A stretch of 64,000 nt of DNA, from the IMG/VR virus record IMGVR_UViG_3300044684_000161, positions 26,103 through 90,102 of that record, one strand, 5' to 3'. The position numbers and the translations under genes are program-made. This document shows positions 39,064 to 49,296 of the stretch, piece after piece. How positions within the stretch are numbered: the first letter of the stretch is position 1; every line of letters begins with the position of its first letter. The notes beneath the pieces are model-generated. The model was not told the origin of the DNA, did not search any database, and saw nothing but the letters and a program-made list of their open reading frames with translations. Origin of the DNA: a virus.

Positions 39064-39825
39064 TCACGCAGCCTTCTCTTCAGCCGGTCGAGGAAACAGC
39101 GACAACGCCTCATCGCAGTGTTTGAGGATCGACTCTGCCTGCCTTCGCAGGCCGTCGAGGCTTCCATATGTGCTGAGCACCCCAGCGGTCATGACGGCGT
39201 GCACAGCGCGCCCAACATGCTCCGCATTCCAGCTTTCGATCTTCACTCCACTGACGCGCTCAACCTCCTCGACGGCTTTGGTCAGCTCGCTGGCGCGGCG
39301 AGTGCGGAACTCAATCTCACGCACGATGCGCTGCTCGTCGCTCTGGCGTAACCGTTTGATCTCGGTGGCGACGGCCGATCGAACGATGTCCTCGTCGGCC
39401 GCGCTCGCTCGGCGCAGCATCGCCGCGACGAAGTCGCGTGTGACCGGCTGAGCTTCGAGCTTTGGTGCAGCGACGGACTGCCGCAGCGTCCCGCCCGGTT
39501 TCGCTTCGAAGTGTCCCCACGTCGGAGGTAACTCGCCCTCGGCAATAACGCCGGCCGGCGCGACGATCCACCAGCGGTCGCAGTATCGCTGCACCGGGGC
39601 CGATTTCTCAGGATTCTTCAGTTCGCGCACCCAGTCTGATCGGCTGGCCTTAAGCTCGAACCCGTGAATCTCGAGTCCGCGCGAAGGGAAGAGGTTGATC
39701 GCCACGGCGTCGGCCCAGCGGCGCTGATGTGCGCCGGTTGCGTCCGCTACCTCGAAGAAGAGCGCCCACTCCGGGGCGCAGAAGCGGGCCCGAAGCGCCG
39801 CCTTGATGTCGGGCGTCTTCATCAT
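39064..39825 (-). CDS. MmcB-like PD-(D/E)XK protein
   Basis: ADAV...GFELKASRSDW...CDRWW. Confidence 0.6.
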   Translation of the reverse strand: MMKTPDIKAALRARFCAPEWALFFEVADATGAHQRRWADAVAINLFPSRGLEIHGFELKASRSDWVRELKNPEKSAPVQRYCDRWWIVAPAGVIAEGELPPTWGHFEAKPGGTLRQSVAAPKLEAQPVTRDFVAAMLRRASAADEDIVRSAVATEIKRLRQSDEQRIVREIEFRTRRASELTKAVEEVERVSGVKIESWNAEHVGRAVHAVMTAGVLSTYGSLDGLRRQAESILKHCDEALSLFPRPAEEKAA

Positions 39826-40382
39826 AGGTCACCTACGCCAGGCACGTGCGTCGTCGTGCACCCTTCGCGCAGATTGGACGGCAGGGTAGCCCATTCGCGG
39901 TCAGACATCGCACGCTGACCGGTGCTGCCAAAGCCACCCGTGCCGCGCGCCGTCTCCGACAGAGCCTCGACGATCTCGAACTCGACGCGGGGCGTCTCGA
40001 TGAGCTTCGCCTGCGCGATTCGGTCTCCGTCGAACACGCGTATGCCACCATAGCCGTCGGCTACGAGCTTCACGTGAACTTCGCCTCGATAGTCCGCGTC
40101 GATGACTCCGACGCAATTGGCGAGCCGCGTATTGCCTTTGAATCCGTGCCCGCTACGGCTGTAGATCAGCATGGCCCAGCCGGGGGGAATCTCGAACGCC
40201 AAGCCGGTACGGAACACGTGTCCGCTGCTGGGCTCAATCTTGATTCCGTCCCGCTTGGCGATGTCCGTCCACTCGGCCCCCAGCGCGTGCAGGTCAAAAC
40301 ACGCCGCGCCGTCGGTGGCGTAACACGGCACGATCGCGGCCGGATGTAGCTTCATGATCTTGATCTTCAAAACATTCTCCAT
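39822..40382 (-). CDS. dut: dUTPase
   Basis: ACFDL, RSG, GVIDADYRG, RIAQ, RGTGGFGSTG. Confidence 0.95.
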   Translation of the reverse strand: MENVLKIKIMKLHPAAIVPCYATDGAACFDLHALGAEWTDIAKRDGIKIEPSSGHVFRTGLAFEIPPGWAMLIYSRSGHGFKGNTRLANCVGVIDADYRGEVHVKLVADGYGGIRVFDGDRIAQAKLIETPRVEFEIVEALSETARGTGGFGSTGQRAMSDREWATLPSNLREGCTTTHVPGVGDL

Positions 40383-41500
40383 TAGATGACAACCGTGACG
40401 CGCTCGGCGGCGCGCGTCAGCGCCGTATATCGCCACTTCGCCGCGTCCTCTCGGAACACGCTGCTCTCGTCGAAGACAAGCACGTGATCGTACTGGCTGC
40501 CTTGGGCCTTGTGGCAGGTTAGGACTTGTCCATACGTGAATTGGTCCGAAAAGCGCTTGACCTTCCACTCAAGCTCGCCCTCGGTGCCGAGGAAGAAGTG
40601 TTCCAGCACCTCCACGTCGACATGCTCTTGCTGCAGCACGTCGAGAGACTTCACACGGATCTTGAACTTGTTGCCGCGCACGGCGCACTCCGTCGCTTCC
40701 CATAGGCCGCCATTGAGCAAGCCCTTGGTGCGGTCGTTCTTTAGGCAGACGAGCCGATCTCCGGGCGTCGGGTGCCACGACGCGACCGTACCGCAGATGC
40801 CCTTGATCTCGCGTGCGCGCAGGTTGAACGTCTGCCGGGTACGGTTGAGACCGCACAGAACCTGATCGGCGCGCAACACTTCGTGCGCCAATTCCTCCTT
40901 GCTGATCTCTGGCCGACGCACGATGCGGCTCTCGCCATAGGTGCCAGGTCGCAGGCCGCGCCCTTCGCGTACATCGATGCTCAGGCGAATGATTGGATTT
41001 TCGGCCGCTTGACGGTGCACCTCCGTCAGCATGAAATCCGGTTCGGCATTGATGAAGAATCCTTCGCCCTTTACGGGTGGCAACTGTGCCGGGTCGCCGA
41101 GCACGAGAATCTTGGTGCCGAACTGCAGGAGATCGCGCGCCAGGTCCTCGCCGACCATCGACACCTCGTCGATGATGATAAGCGCAGCGCCGGTGGCGTC
41201 GCTGTCGTAGTTGAGCTCAAACGTGACGATGCCGGTGTCCGGGTCCTCTACCGGCTTGTAGATCAGGCTGTGAATCGTGCATGCGCCGATGCAGCCTTTT
41301 GAGCGCAGCACGAGTGCCGCTTTGCCAGTGAAACAAGCGAAGCACACACGACCCTCGATCCCTTGCGCGAGGTGCTTGGCGAGTGTCGTCTTACCGCTCC
41401 CGGCGTAGCCAAACAGGCGGAATATCTGCGGCGCCTTCGGATTGCGAATCCACTTAGCTACGGCATCGAGCGCCGCGCTCTGTTGTGGTGACCAAGCCAT
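40382..41500 (-). CDS. SF1B helicase (Dda/RecD-like)
   Basis: GYAGSGKTT, DEVSM, GDPAQLPPV, TCHKAQGS, YTALTRA. Confidence 0.92.
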   Translation of the reverse strand: MAWSPQQSAALDAVAKWIRNPKAPQIFRLFGYAGSGKTTLAKHLAQGIEGRVCFACFTGKAALVLRSKGCIGACTIHSLIYKPVEDPDTGIVTFELNYDSDATGAALIIIDEVSMVGEDLARDLLQFGTKILVLGDPAQLPPVKGEGFFINAEPDFMLTEVHRQAAENPIIRLSIDVREGRGLRPGTYGESRIVRRPEISKEELAHEVLRADQVLCGLNRTRQTFNLRAREIKGICGTVASWHPTPGDRLVCLKNDRTKGLLNGGLWEATECAVRGNKFKIRVKSLDVLQQEHVDVEVLEHFFLGTEGELEWKVKRFSDQFTYGQVLTCHKAQGSQYDHVLVFDESSVFREDAAKWRYTALTRAAERVTVVI

Positions 41501-41543
41501 AAATGTCCTTGTTGTGCGGTTTGGACCCGCACTTGGTTTCTTG

Positions 41544-41849
41544 TCACGCCGGAACTGCGTCCATAGGCGGCATGATGATCTCAAGGCCGAGCGCTACCGC
41601 GATGTGATGCTCAAGCGTCGCGCCGCGCGAACACCGCCAGCCAGGAAGCAATTGAATCGCGTCACACGTCACGAGTTCGCGGATGTCGTCGCGCATGCAC
41701 GCTGCCCAGCCCTTCGCCGGATCGGCGTTGATCTCGGCCGGGTTCACGGCATCGTGGCCTAGGGCGCGCAGGCGCGCGGCTTCGGCGTGGAAGGCGGGAA
41801 AATTCAGAAGGGGCAAACCTGTCATCGGCCCCGCGATGTAGATGCGCAT
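41544..41849 (-). CDS. DUF4406-like (nucleoside deoxyribosyltransferase fold) protein
   Basis: IYIAGPMTG...NPA...CDAI.LLPGW..SRGA.LE. Confidence 0.8.
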   Translation of the reverse strand: MRIYIAGPMTGLPLLNFPAFHAEAARLRALGHDAVNPAEINADPAKGWAACMRDDIRELVTCDAIQLLPGWRCSRGATLEHHIAVALGLEIIMPPMDAVPA

Positions 41850-41897
41850 AATTGTTCCTGAATCAGAAGCGGCGGGGTTTGTGGCCCCGCCGCCGTG

Positions 41898-42107
41898 CTA
41901 GTGATCGCTTCGGTACTCGCCCGTGTGGGTGACAGTTCGTCGCTGTTCCCACGCCTCCAGAGCCTCCGAGGGGTAGAGGATGCGCCCTCCTACTCGAGTG
42001 AACTTTGGCCCTGTTCCTGCTGATCTCCAATTGGCAAGCGTGCCTATCGAGATCCGTCCGCCCCAGCGTTCATACACCTGGGCTGGCGTAAAATACTTGG
42101 GGGTCAA
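41898..42107 (-). CDS. Excisionase-like HTH protein
   Basis: TLANWRS.G.GP.F...GRILY. Confidence 0.75.
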   Translation of the reverse strand: MTPKYFTPAQVYERWGGRISIGTLANWRSAGTGPKFTRVGGRILYPSEALEAWEQRRTVTHTGEYRSDH

Positions 42108-43186
42108 AACACATCGCCTTCCTGATTAGACTCGGGGTCCGGCGCACCATCGGCTTTTGCATTGCCCGGCGGAGCGTCATCCACCGACGGTTTCGCCGTG
42201 TCATCTTTGTGGCTCGATTCGCGCTTGGACTCTTGCGCCGCTTTGCCGTCCTTTTTCTCCGGCTTGCTGTCCTGCTGTGCGGCGGGTTCCGCCTCAGCCT
42301 TCTTTGCGCTAGCGGCCTTAGCAGACCCGGCAGCGGCCTTCGCCTGCTGCGTGATAGCGGCGGCGGCGCTGGCGGATTCTGACTGCTCCTCGGTGGCACC
42401 GAAGAACTCGGAAGGCTTACCGCCGTCTCGCAGTGCGTTGAATACGCCAGTGAGATCGACGAGTTCGTCCGCGAGCGTCTTGTCGAGCGGATGGCCCAAA
42501 TACTTTTCGAGGTGTTCCGTGGTCACGCCGAACTGTGCGAAAGCTTGAGTCATCTTGCGCACGCGCTCCGCGAGCGGCACAGAGTTGTCGCCGGCGAGCG
42601 TCTTCTTGCACTCCTCGATTGCCGATTCGACCATCCACTTCGGCATGAGCGCGAGGATCCGGCCGCGCACCTGCTTGCTAGCGACATTCGCGATCCGGTC
42701 GTCCACCTCGCGCTGGTCGCGCAGCTTACGCGGGCCGTCCTTCGTGTCGATGGTGTGCTGCACGGTGATCTGTCGGATGGAGCGGTTATTCTTCTCCTTG
42801 TCCCAAGCGTAGACCTCGACCTCCGACTTGCCGTCGCCGCGCGAAAGTTCGCGATGCCCGTATTCGAAATTGCCGTAGCAGCGAGCGATTTCCTCCGCGA
42901 GGCGGATGGACGGACCTGTAACGGTCTTGCCGCCTTGCGGGCGAGAATAGAACGCCACTCCGGCCAGAGCCGGCAGTTTGCAGGCGTCCATCAGTTCGGC
43001 AAAGGCGGCGTTGTTGTCGCGCGGGAACATCTTAGCGAGTTGCATCTGCCCGCGCGCTTCGGCGATCGCACGCTCGGACTCAATCGCGACTGCTCCGGCG
43101 TTCAGGCTCGAGCCTGCGGCCATCATCTTGCCGAAGGGGGCGGCCGCGAGTGCGGCGCCGTTTTGCTGTACCAGTTCGTTACTCAA
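42104..43186 (-). CDS. Putative single-strand annealing/recombination protein
   Basis: GPSIRLAE motif; downstream of the exonuclease and ATPase genes. Confidence 0.55.
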   Translation of the reverse strand: MSNELVQQNGAALAAAPFGKMMAAGSSLNAGAVAIESERAIAEARGQMQLAKMFPRDNNAAFAELMDACKLPALAGVAFYSRPQGGKTVTGPSIRLAEEIARCYGNFEYGHRELSRGDGKSEVEVYAWDKEKNNRSIRQITVQHTIDTKDGPRKLRDQREVDDRIANVASKQVRGRILALMPKWMVESAIEECKKTLAGDNSVPLAERVRKMTQAFAQFGVTTEHLEKYLGHPLDKTLADELVDLTGVFNALRDGGKPSEFFGATEEQSESASAAAAITQQAKAAAGSAKAASAKKAEAEPAAQQDSKPEKKDGKAAQESKRESSHKDDTAKPSVDDAPPGNAKADGAPDPESNQEGDVF

Positions 43187-43212
43187 AATTCTCTCCGTGG
43201 TGGTGAGGGTGA

Positions 43213-44487
43213 TTACTCGGATTTGATGCTGAATTCGTCGTCGCGGACGCGGGTGACGAAAAGCTGGATATCGCTTTCAAGCGCGCGTTCGCGGAATGTC
43301 TCGTAGGTAGTGCTGTCCATGAGTTCGATGCCATCGACACACACAATCCCAAGATCGCCTGCCCGCAATTTTGCAATCTCGACCGCGATATCGACCTGTT
43401 GGCTCGTGTTCAATCGATCGAATGGCACGTCCGCGCGGTATATCTCGCCGTCCTTCACCTCAAGTCCCGGGATGGGCAGGCTCGCAAGCAGGTCTGACTT
43501 GTACCGCTCGATTTCATCAAGCGCGGCAGACTGACGCTCGGCCTCCGCCTTCGCCTCTTCGAGCTCGGTGCGCATCACGCCGATTGTTTCCAGCGTCTGC
43601 GCGCGGCGCGCGGCGGCGTCGCGGTTGTTCCGAATCGCCAGGAGTTGCTCGGCGATCGGCGCGCGCGCGTCGACATGCTTCTGGATCGTCTTCTCACGCT
43701 GCGCGGCCGCCTTGCGCTCCCACTCGGCGAAGTCTTCGTTCAGCTTGTCGATTTGCTTGCGCAGGGATTCGATCTTGTCGCCGAGATCCTTGCGAAGCCC
43801 ATCGAGTTTGGTGCTGATCCGATCGAGTTCGGCATCCTTCGTGTCATTCAGTTCGGACAGCTTCGCCTCAAGTTCCTGCTCGTCGCCCTCGGCGCTGGTC
43901 GGCGCCGGCGGAACAGCCGCCTCAAGCTGGCGGATCGTCGCTTCCTTGTCTCGCACCGCGCGATTGGTGCCAGTGCGCGCGTCATAGACCTGTGTGTGAA
44001 CCTGCTGGATCAGGTGCAGCGCATGCACACCCGGCATCGCTTTCACCTCGAATCCGGCGATCCCCGACAGTTTCTCGGCGTCTGCTTCGAGTGGCATTGC
44101 TTCGAGCAGCACACGCACGCGGTCCTTTTTCGGCGCGCGCAGGAAATCGACCGGATTAACCGACAGCATGTCGGTGAGCGCCTTGATCGCCTCGCCGGGC
44201 CGCGTGATCTTCTTGCCATCGCGGCGCACATCGGTCGTGCTGCTGGCTTCCGTGACGCGGCGCTTAATCTGGGTGCCATCGTCGAGCACGATGACTGTTT
44301 CGCCCTTGTCGGCACCCTTGCGCAGCAGTGTCGCGTCATGGCCGCCAGACAGGACGGATTTGATTGCCTCGAGCACTGACGTTTTGCCGCTGCCGTTCGG
44401 CCCGGCGATCTCATTGAAGCCGCCGGGCGTGAATTCTAGCTCGGACACGCCGAGCACGTTCGATATCTTGATCTTTGCGATTTTCAT
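43213..44487 (-). CDS. SMC/Rad50-like coiled-coil ATPase
   Basis: GPNGSGKTS, long coiled coil, degenerate signature and Walker B (VDGIE). Confidence 0.8.
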   Translation of the reverse strand: MKIAKIKISNVLGVSELEFTPGGFNEIAGPNGSGKTSVLEAIKSVLSGGHDATLLRKGADKGETVIVLDDGTQIKRRVTEASSTTDVRRDGKKITRPGEAIKALTDMLSVNPVDFLRAPKKDRVRVLLEAMPLEADAEKLSGIAGFEVKAMPGVHALHLIQQVHTQVYDARTGTNRAVRDKEATIRQLEAAVPPAPTSAEGDEQELEAKLSELNDTKDAELDRISTKLDGLRKDLGDKIESLRKQIDKLNEDFAEWERKAAAQREKTIQKHVDARAPIAEQLLAIRNNRDAAARRAQTLETIGVMRTELEEAKAEAERQSAALDEIERYKSDLLASLPIPGLEVKDGEIYRADVPFDRLNTSQQVDIAVEIAKLRAGDLGIVCVDGIELMDSTTYETFRERALESDIQLFVTRVRDDEFSIKSE

Positions 44488-44569
44488 GATGGTCAGAAGA
44501 GGTAGAGAACGGACAGGATCGCGGACATGCCGGCCGCGAAGGCGATGAACTCAAGGGCGACGCGGCGCA

Positions 44570-45412
44570 TCAGCGTTTGGCCCATGCGGGCAATTCGAGC
44601 GGCAGGACTTCCTCTGCGTAGTCCGGCCAACGGTTCGCGCGCTTCGCCTCGATGATGCGTAGGAACTGCCTGCGCGCCAGCGCGCGGCCGCGCTCCATGT
44701 CCGCCGGCTGCGCGAAGTAGAGTCCCATCGCATAAGGGGGTTCTTTCTCCAGCGCGAGAAAGATGAAGTGCTCCGGCGTCTCGCCGTAGAGCGTTTCGAG
44801 CACATCGAAGTACCATGGCGGCGATACGTGGTAGTGGTAGTTCGCCGCGTCCTTGGCGAATGCGCTTGGCGCCGCGTTCTTCGTCGTCTTCACGTCGATC
44901 ATCGCGAAGCCGTTATCGTGCAGATAGTCCGGGCGACACTTGATTAACTCGCCCGTTTCGTTGTCGATCGCAAAGAACGACTGCTCTGCCTTCCCGCCGG
45001 TCAGGAGCCCCGACACGACTGGATGCGCATGCACACGGTCGCGGATCTTCAGGACCGACTCGTACTCATCCGGCAGCAGAATGATCTTGCCGGCGTTCTC
45101 TTCGGCGAAGTTGTCACGCTCGGCGCGGCCGTCCTTCGTGCGCAGATTGAACGGCGGTGCTTTGACAACGGTGCTGGTGAGTAGATCTGGTTCTAGGACT
45201 GCCGTGTGCGTCGCCTGCCCGAAGTTGTACGCGTCCTTTTCTTCCGGCTCCCGGTTCGGGTTTTCATGCATGTGCCAAAAGTGCAGTAGCGACAGATCGA
45301 TCGCGTCTTTGATGTGACTGCTCGAATAGCCGATCGCTGCGTGATACTCGTCGTTTGTCATGTTCACGAGCCCGTGCAGCACGCGCCCGCTCGCATCGAT
45401 GGTCTTTTCCAC
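44570..45412 (-). CDS. RecE/exonuclease VIII-like PD-(D/E)XK nuclease
   Basis: YH...SSS, GQATHT..LEP, KCRPD, DVKT. Confidence 0.85.
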   Translation of the reverse strand: MEKTIDASGRVLHGLVNMTNDEYHAAIGYSSSHIKDAIDLSLLHFWHMHENPNREPEEKDAYNFGQATHTAVLEPDLLTSTVVKAPPFNLRTKDGRAERDNFAEENAGKIILLPDEYESVLKIRDRVHAHPVVSGLLTGGKAEQSFFAIDNETGELIKCRPDYLHDNGFAMIDVKTTKNAAPSAFAKDAANYHYHVSPPWYFDVLETLYGETPEHFIFLALEKEPPYAMGLYFAQPADMERGRALARRQFLRIIEAKRANRWPDYAEEVLPLELPAWAKR

Positions 45413-45425
45413 TGTCGCCTCATGT

Positions 45426-45580
45426 TGATCAAAAATGTTCGTCAGGGCGCATTTTCGATCAAATTCGAGTAGACGGCAAGGCTCCGCTCACGAATACTAT
45501 GTCGTATTCTTACAACATCACGCGCATTCACGCCCAATCACTTTGATCAAGTTTGCGCCATTGATCGAATACAGTACAAT
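45426..45580. promoter_or_regulatory. Divergent control region with operator-like repeats and a sigma70-like promoter
   Basis: GATCAA-containing boxes at 45426, 45456, 45544; TTGCGC-N16-TACAAT. Confidence 0.5.
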
Positions 45581-45607
45581 CGCTTCAATTGACGGCAAGG
45601 AGTCACT

Positions 45608-45832
45608 ATGAGTAAGCCGACGTTCGGCGAAGTTTTCCGCGAGCGCATCGACAAGATCGAGCAGGACGCGCACGCCAAGGGCATCAATCTGACGGTCGTA
45701 TGCAAGGAGTCGGGCGTCTCACGCGCGACTCCAGATCGCTGGCGTCGGCGTCTGCCGAAGACGATTGAGATCATCGACAACATGGAGCGCGTCGTCGAGC
45801 AGCACAAAGCGCCGGTGGCGGAAGAGTCGTGA
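45608..45832 (+). CDS. Cro-like HTH regulator
   Basis: LTVVCKESGVSRATPDRW; first gene of rightward operon. Confidence 0.65.
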   Translation: MSKPTFGEVFRERIDKIEQDAHAKGINLTVVCKESGVSRATPDRWRRRLPKTIEIIDNMERVVEQHKAPVAEES

Positions 45833-45906
45833 GCTATTAGTTCCCGTATAGATACGCCCAACAATTGGGCGCGGACCGAACGCTAGAGCCGCGCTTACGA
45901 GGATCC

Positions 45907-47544
45907 ATGTCGACCATTCAACTTCGCGACTATCAGCAGGTCGCTGTCGATGAAGTGCGCGCCGAGTTCCGCGCAAAAAACTTTCCGGTTCTGTTCGTCT
46001 TGGCAACGGGCGGCGGTAAAACTTACACGTTCAGTTATATCGCATCGAACGCCGCCGCGCTCGGCAACCACGTCATCATCATCGTGCATCGCAAGGAGCT
46101 ATTGCTCCAGGCCTCGGCGTCTCTACGCAATCTTGGAATAGAGCATGGGCTGATTAGCCCATTCTTCACGCCAGATCCAACGAAGCTCATTCAAGTCGCG
46201 TCGATCGATACGCTGATTCTTCGCCTTGAAAAGAGGAAGTATCCTTGCCGACTACTCATCGTTGATGAGGCCCATCACGTCGTCGAGGGCAACAAATGGG
46301 GACGTCTCCACGAAATGTTGGGGCGGCCGCCGATGCTAGGAGTTACAGCGACTCCCGTCCGAACTGATGGAAAGGGACTCGGCGAGCACGCTGCTGGCCT
46401 ATTCAAGACGATGGTGCTCGGGCCCAGCATTACCGAACTCATAGCGCGCGGGATGCTGATCAAGCCGGAAGTCTACACGTCGCTTGAGACACCGGACTTG
46501 CAGGGCCTGAAAAAGAAAAAAGACGGCGATTACAACGAACGCGAACTCGCCGCGCGCGTCGACAAACCGAAAATAACGGGTTCTGCTGTTGAGCAGTATT
46601 CGAAGATCTGCCCGGCCGCACGAGCGATCGTGTTCTGCGCCAGCATCGAGCACGCAAAGCACGTGCGCGACGAGTTCAACGCCGCCGGCTATCGCTTCGA
46701 ACTGCTCGTCGGGGCACCGCAGATGTCGGACGCCGAACGAACGGCGGTCAACAAAAAGCTGCGGCGCGGAGAGATCGACGGCGCGTGTACTGTCGATTTG
46801 GTGAGCGAGGGATACGACCTCCCGGACCTTGAGTGCTGCATCATGCTCCGGCCGACGGCATCCGAGGCTCTGTTTCTGCAGCAAATCGGGCGCGTAATGC
46901 GGCCGTCGGAGGGAAAGCGCGGCTGCTGGCTGCTCGATCACGTCGGTAACGTCGGGCAGATGATCGACGGCGAGTTCAAGGCCAAGCACGGCTTTCCCCA
47001 TTGGGAGCGCGAGTGGTCGCTCGACGGCCGCAAAAAGAAGGGGCGAGGCAAGAAGCAGGCGGACGAACCGACGATACCCGTAAAGCAATGTCCGAAGTGC
47101 TTCTTCTGTCACGAGCCCGAGCCGGCATGTCCGAAATGCGGCTATGAGTACCCGGTCAACAATCGACAGCTTGAGCAGGTCGAGGGCGAACTCCATCAGA
47201 TCACAGATGAGATGGAGGAGAAGATTCGCGCGCGCCAACGCGCCGAGCAAGGCCGCGCGCAGACGAAAGAGGCATTGATGGCGATCGGCTACTCAGAGGG
47301 CCGTGCCGATAAGGTCATCGCCGCGCGCAAGGAAAAAGAAGAACTGCGCGTCTCGCTGATTTTTGACTTGCAGGAATGGCGCAAAGAGACCGGGCAAACT
47401 CCTCTCGGCACGTTCGGCGTCGCGATCGCCGACCTCAAGCACTACAAGCCGAAGGCTTTGAAAGAACTGCGCGCGCGCTTCGACGCGCACCGCGCAGCGC
47501 ATCAATCCGCGAACCCCGAATTGGTTGAGGGCGAGCAATTCTAG
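45907..47544 (+). CDS. SF2 DEAH helicase with Zn finger
   Basis: LRDYQ, TGGGKT, DEAH, TAT, QQIGR, CPKC. Confidence 0.92.
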   Translation: MSTIQLRDYQQVAVDEVRAEFRAKNFPVLFVLATGGGKTYTFSYIASNAAALGNHVIIIVHRKELLLQASASLRNLGIEHGLISPFFTPDPTKLIQVASIDTLILRLEKRKYPCRLLIVDEAHHVVEGNKWGRLHEMLGRPPMLGVTATPVRTDGKGLGEHAAGLFKTMVLGPSITELIARGMLIKPEVYTSLETPDLQGLKKKKDGDYNERELAARVDKPKITGSAVEQYSKICPAARAIVFCASIEHAKHVRDEFNAAGYRFELLVGAPQMSDAERTAVNKKLRRGEIDGACTVDLVSEGYDLPDLECCIMLRPTASEALFLQQIGRVMRPSEGKRGCWLLDHVGNVGQMIDGEFKAKHGFPHWEREWSLDGRKKKGRGKKQADEPTIPVKQCPKCFFCHEPEPACPKCGYEYPVNNRQLEQVEGELHQITDEMEEKIRARQRAEQGRAQTKEALMAIGYSEGRADKVIAARKEKEELRVSLIFDLQEWRKETGQTPLGTFGVAIADLKHYKPKALKELRARFDAHRAAHQSANPELVEGEQF

Positions 47545-47575
47545 CGGCTCGGCCGCATTACCACGTGAGGAACAT

Positions 47576-48049
47576 ATGGCTTCGGTCAACAAAGTAATCC
47601 TGGTTGGCAATCTCGGCGCCGATCCGGAAAGTCGTTTCATGCAGTCTGGCGATCAGGTCACAAACATTCGCGTCGCGACTACGGAGACGTGGAAGGACAA
47701 GGGCTCTGGCGAGAAGAAAGAAGTTACCGAATGGCATTCGGTCGAGTTTTGGGGGCGCCTTGCGGAAGTGGCCGCCGAGTATTTGCGCAAAGGCTCCTCG
47801 GTGTATATCGAGGGGTCGCTTAAGACGCAGAAATGGCAGGACCAAGCCGGCAATGATCGCTACACGACGAAGATTCGCGCCGATGTAATGAAGATGCTCG
47901 GCGGTAAGCCTGATGGCGATGGTGGTGGCAGCGGCTCTCGCGGTCGTGACGCAAATAATGGTCGCCAGCAGCCGCGTCCCGCGCAAGGTCAATCCCAACG
48001 TCAGCAGTCGTCGAAACAACAGGACGATGACGGAGACGTGCCGTTCTAG
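47576..48049 (+). CDS. ssb: Single-stranded DNA-binding protein
   Basis: [14 protein letters not shown]; C-terminal DVPF. Confidence 0.96.
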   Translation: MASVNKVILVGNLGADPESRFMQSGDQVTNIRVATTETWKDKGSGEKKEVTEWHSVEFWGRLAEVAAEYLRKGSSVYIEGSLKTQKWQDQAGNDRYTTKIRADVMKMLGGKPDGDGGGSGSRGRDANNGRQQPRPAQGQSQRQQSSKQQDDDGDVPF

Positions 48050-48094
48050 GAACTGACGCTCGGGGCGCGCCCATCCACTTACGCGCCCCGAGAC

Positions 48095-48601
48095 ATGACC
48101 GATACCAAGCCCACCAACCCCAAAGACGCGATCGGCAGCGGCAAACTACCGCTCCACCTATGGCCCAATACCGCGACAGCCCTTGGCTGTCTCGGTCTCC
48201 TCGACGGGATGCTCAAGTACGGCCGCACCAATTGGCGCGTCGCTGGAGTTCGGGCATCCATCTACATCGATGCGGCGAAGCGGCACCTCGACAAATGGTT
48301 CGAGGGGCAAGACTGCGACGAGGATAGCGGACTGCCCCATTTCGCGCACGCGCTCGCGTGCATCGCAATCCTCGTCGACGCTCAGGCCGCCGGCAAACTG
48401 AACGATGACCGCATGGTGGCTGGTGGCTATCTCGAAATGCTCAAGGCGATAACGCCACACGTCGATCGGCTGAAAGTGCTTCACGCGGGCAAGGATCCCA
48501 AGCATTACACGATCGCCGACTCGCATGCCGACGGCATGGTCGAGCACGGCGCCCTCGAAGCCGACGCGCGACTGATCGCCGATTCGAACGCGAGCGCCTG
48601 A
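48095..48601 (+). CDS. dATP/dGTP diphosphohydrolase-domain protein (DUF5664-like)
   Basis: NPKD...KYG..NWR...D.DSGLPH.AHA. Confidence 0.8.
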   Translation: MTDTKPTNPKDAIGSGKLPLHLWPNTATALGCLGLLDGMLKYGRTNWRVAGVRASIYIDAAKRHLDKWFEGQDCDEDSGLPHFAHALACIAILVDAQAAGKLNDDRMVAGGYLEMLKAITPHVDRLKVLHAGKDPKHYTIADSHADGMVEHGALEADARLIADSNASA

Positions 48602-48602
48602 C

Positions 48603-49031
48603 ATGCGCGAGTCGAACGTTTTGCGAGCGACTTGGCTCGCTGTCGCCGCGCTCGGCTGCACGCTATTCCGCGTCAATACCGGGAAGGGATACGTAGGCAA
48701 GGGCGTGCGCCAACCTGACGGCAACGTGCTCGTCATCGGCGGCCGCCCGGTCGCACTCGGATTCGGCATGCCTAATGGCGATCCTTTAGTCGGCACCTCC
48801 GACCTGATCGGCTGGACGACTGTCGAGATTACGCCGGAAATGGTCGGCCACCACGTTGCCGTGTTCACAGCGATCGAGACGAAAGAATCCGGCGGCGGCA
48901 ACAAGCGCGAGGAGCAAATCAACTTCGTCGACCGTGTGCGCGCCGCCGGCGGCATCGCCGGCTTTGCCAATTCTCCGGCCGTCGCGCAAGGGCTCGTTCG
49001 TGACTTTTGCGTGAAAGCAACGCTGCCATAA
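48603..49031 (+). CDS. VRR-NUC nuclease
   Basis: GTSDLIG, IETK, EQINF...GGIAG. Confidence 0.85.
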   Translation: MRESNVLRATWLAVAALGCTLFRVNTGKGYVGKGVRQPDGNVLVIGGRPVALGFGMPNGDPLVGTSDLIGWTTVEITPEMVGHHVAVFTAIETKESGGGNKREEQINFVDRVRAAGGIAGFANSPAVAQGLVRDFCVKATLP

Positions 49032-49296
49032 GTCATCGGACCATTGCTCAAAAACGCGGATACAATCTGCAACATTCCGGGCGCATTTTCCGGCGTTTTG
49101 CGTCATGGCGCGAACAGACGGAATTTAATGCTTGTAGTCAACGGATCGGTTCACTCGTTCTCACGGTAAATTTGCGCACCGCAGCATTTGCGCAAGGTAA
49201 GTTTTACTGCGCGACCTAGGTTAGCTACCGAAGCGCTCCCTGCTGGCGCGTGGTCGCGCACCCCAATGCATCAGCGGGCTTCTTTGCAGGAGAAGT

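Noticed and set aside
47944-47958. TCGTGAC inside ssb
   Set aside because: Lies in coding sequence and the hexamer (AAATAA) lacks the final T at the conserved spacing
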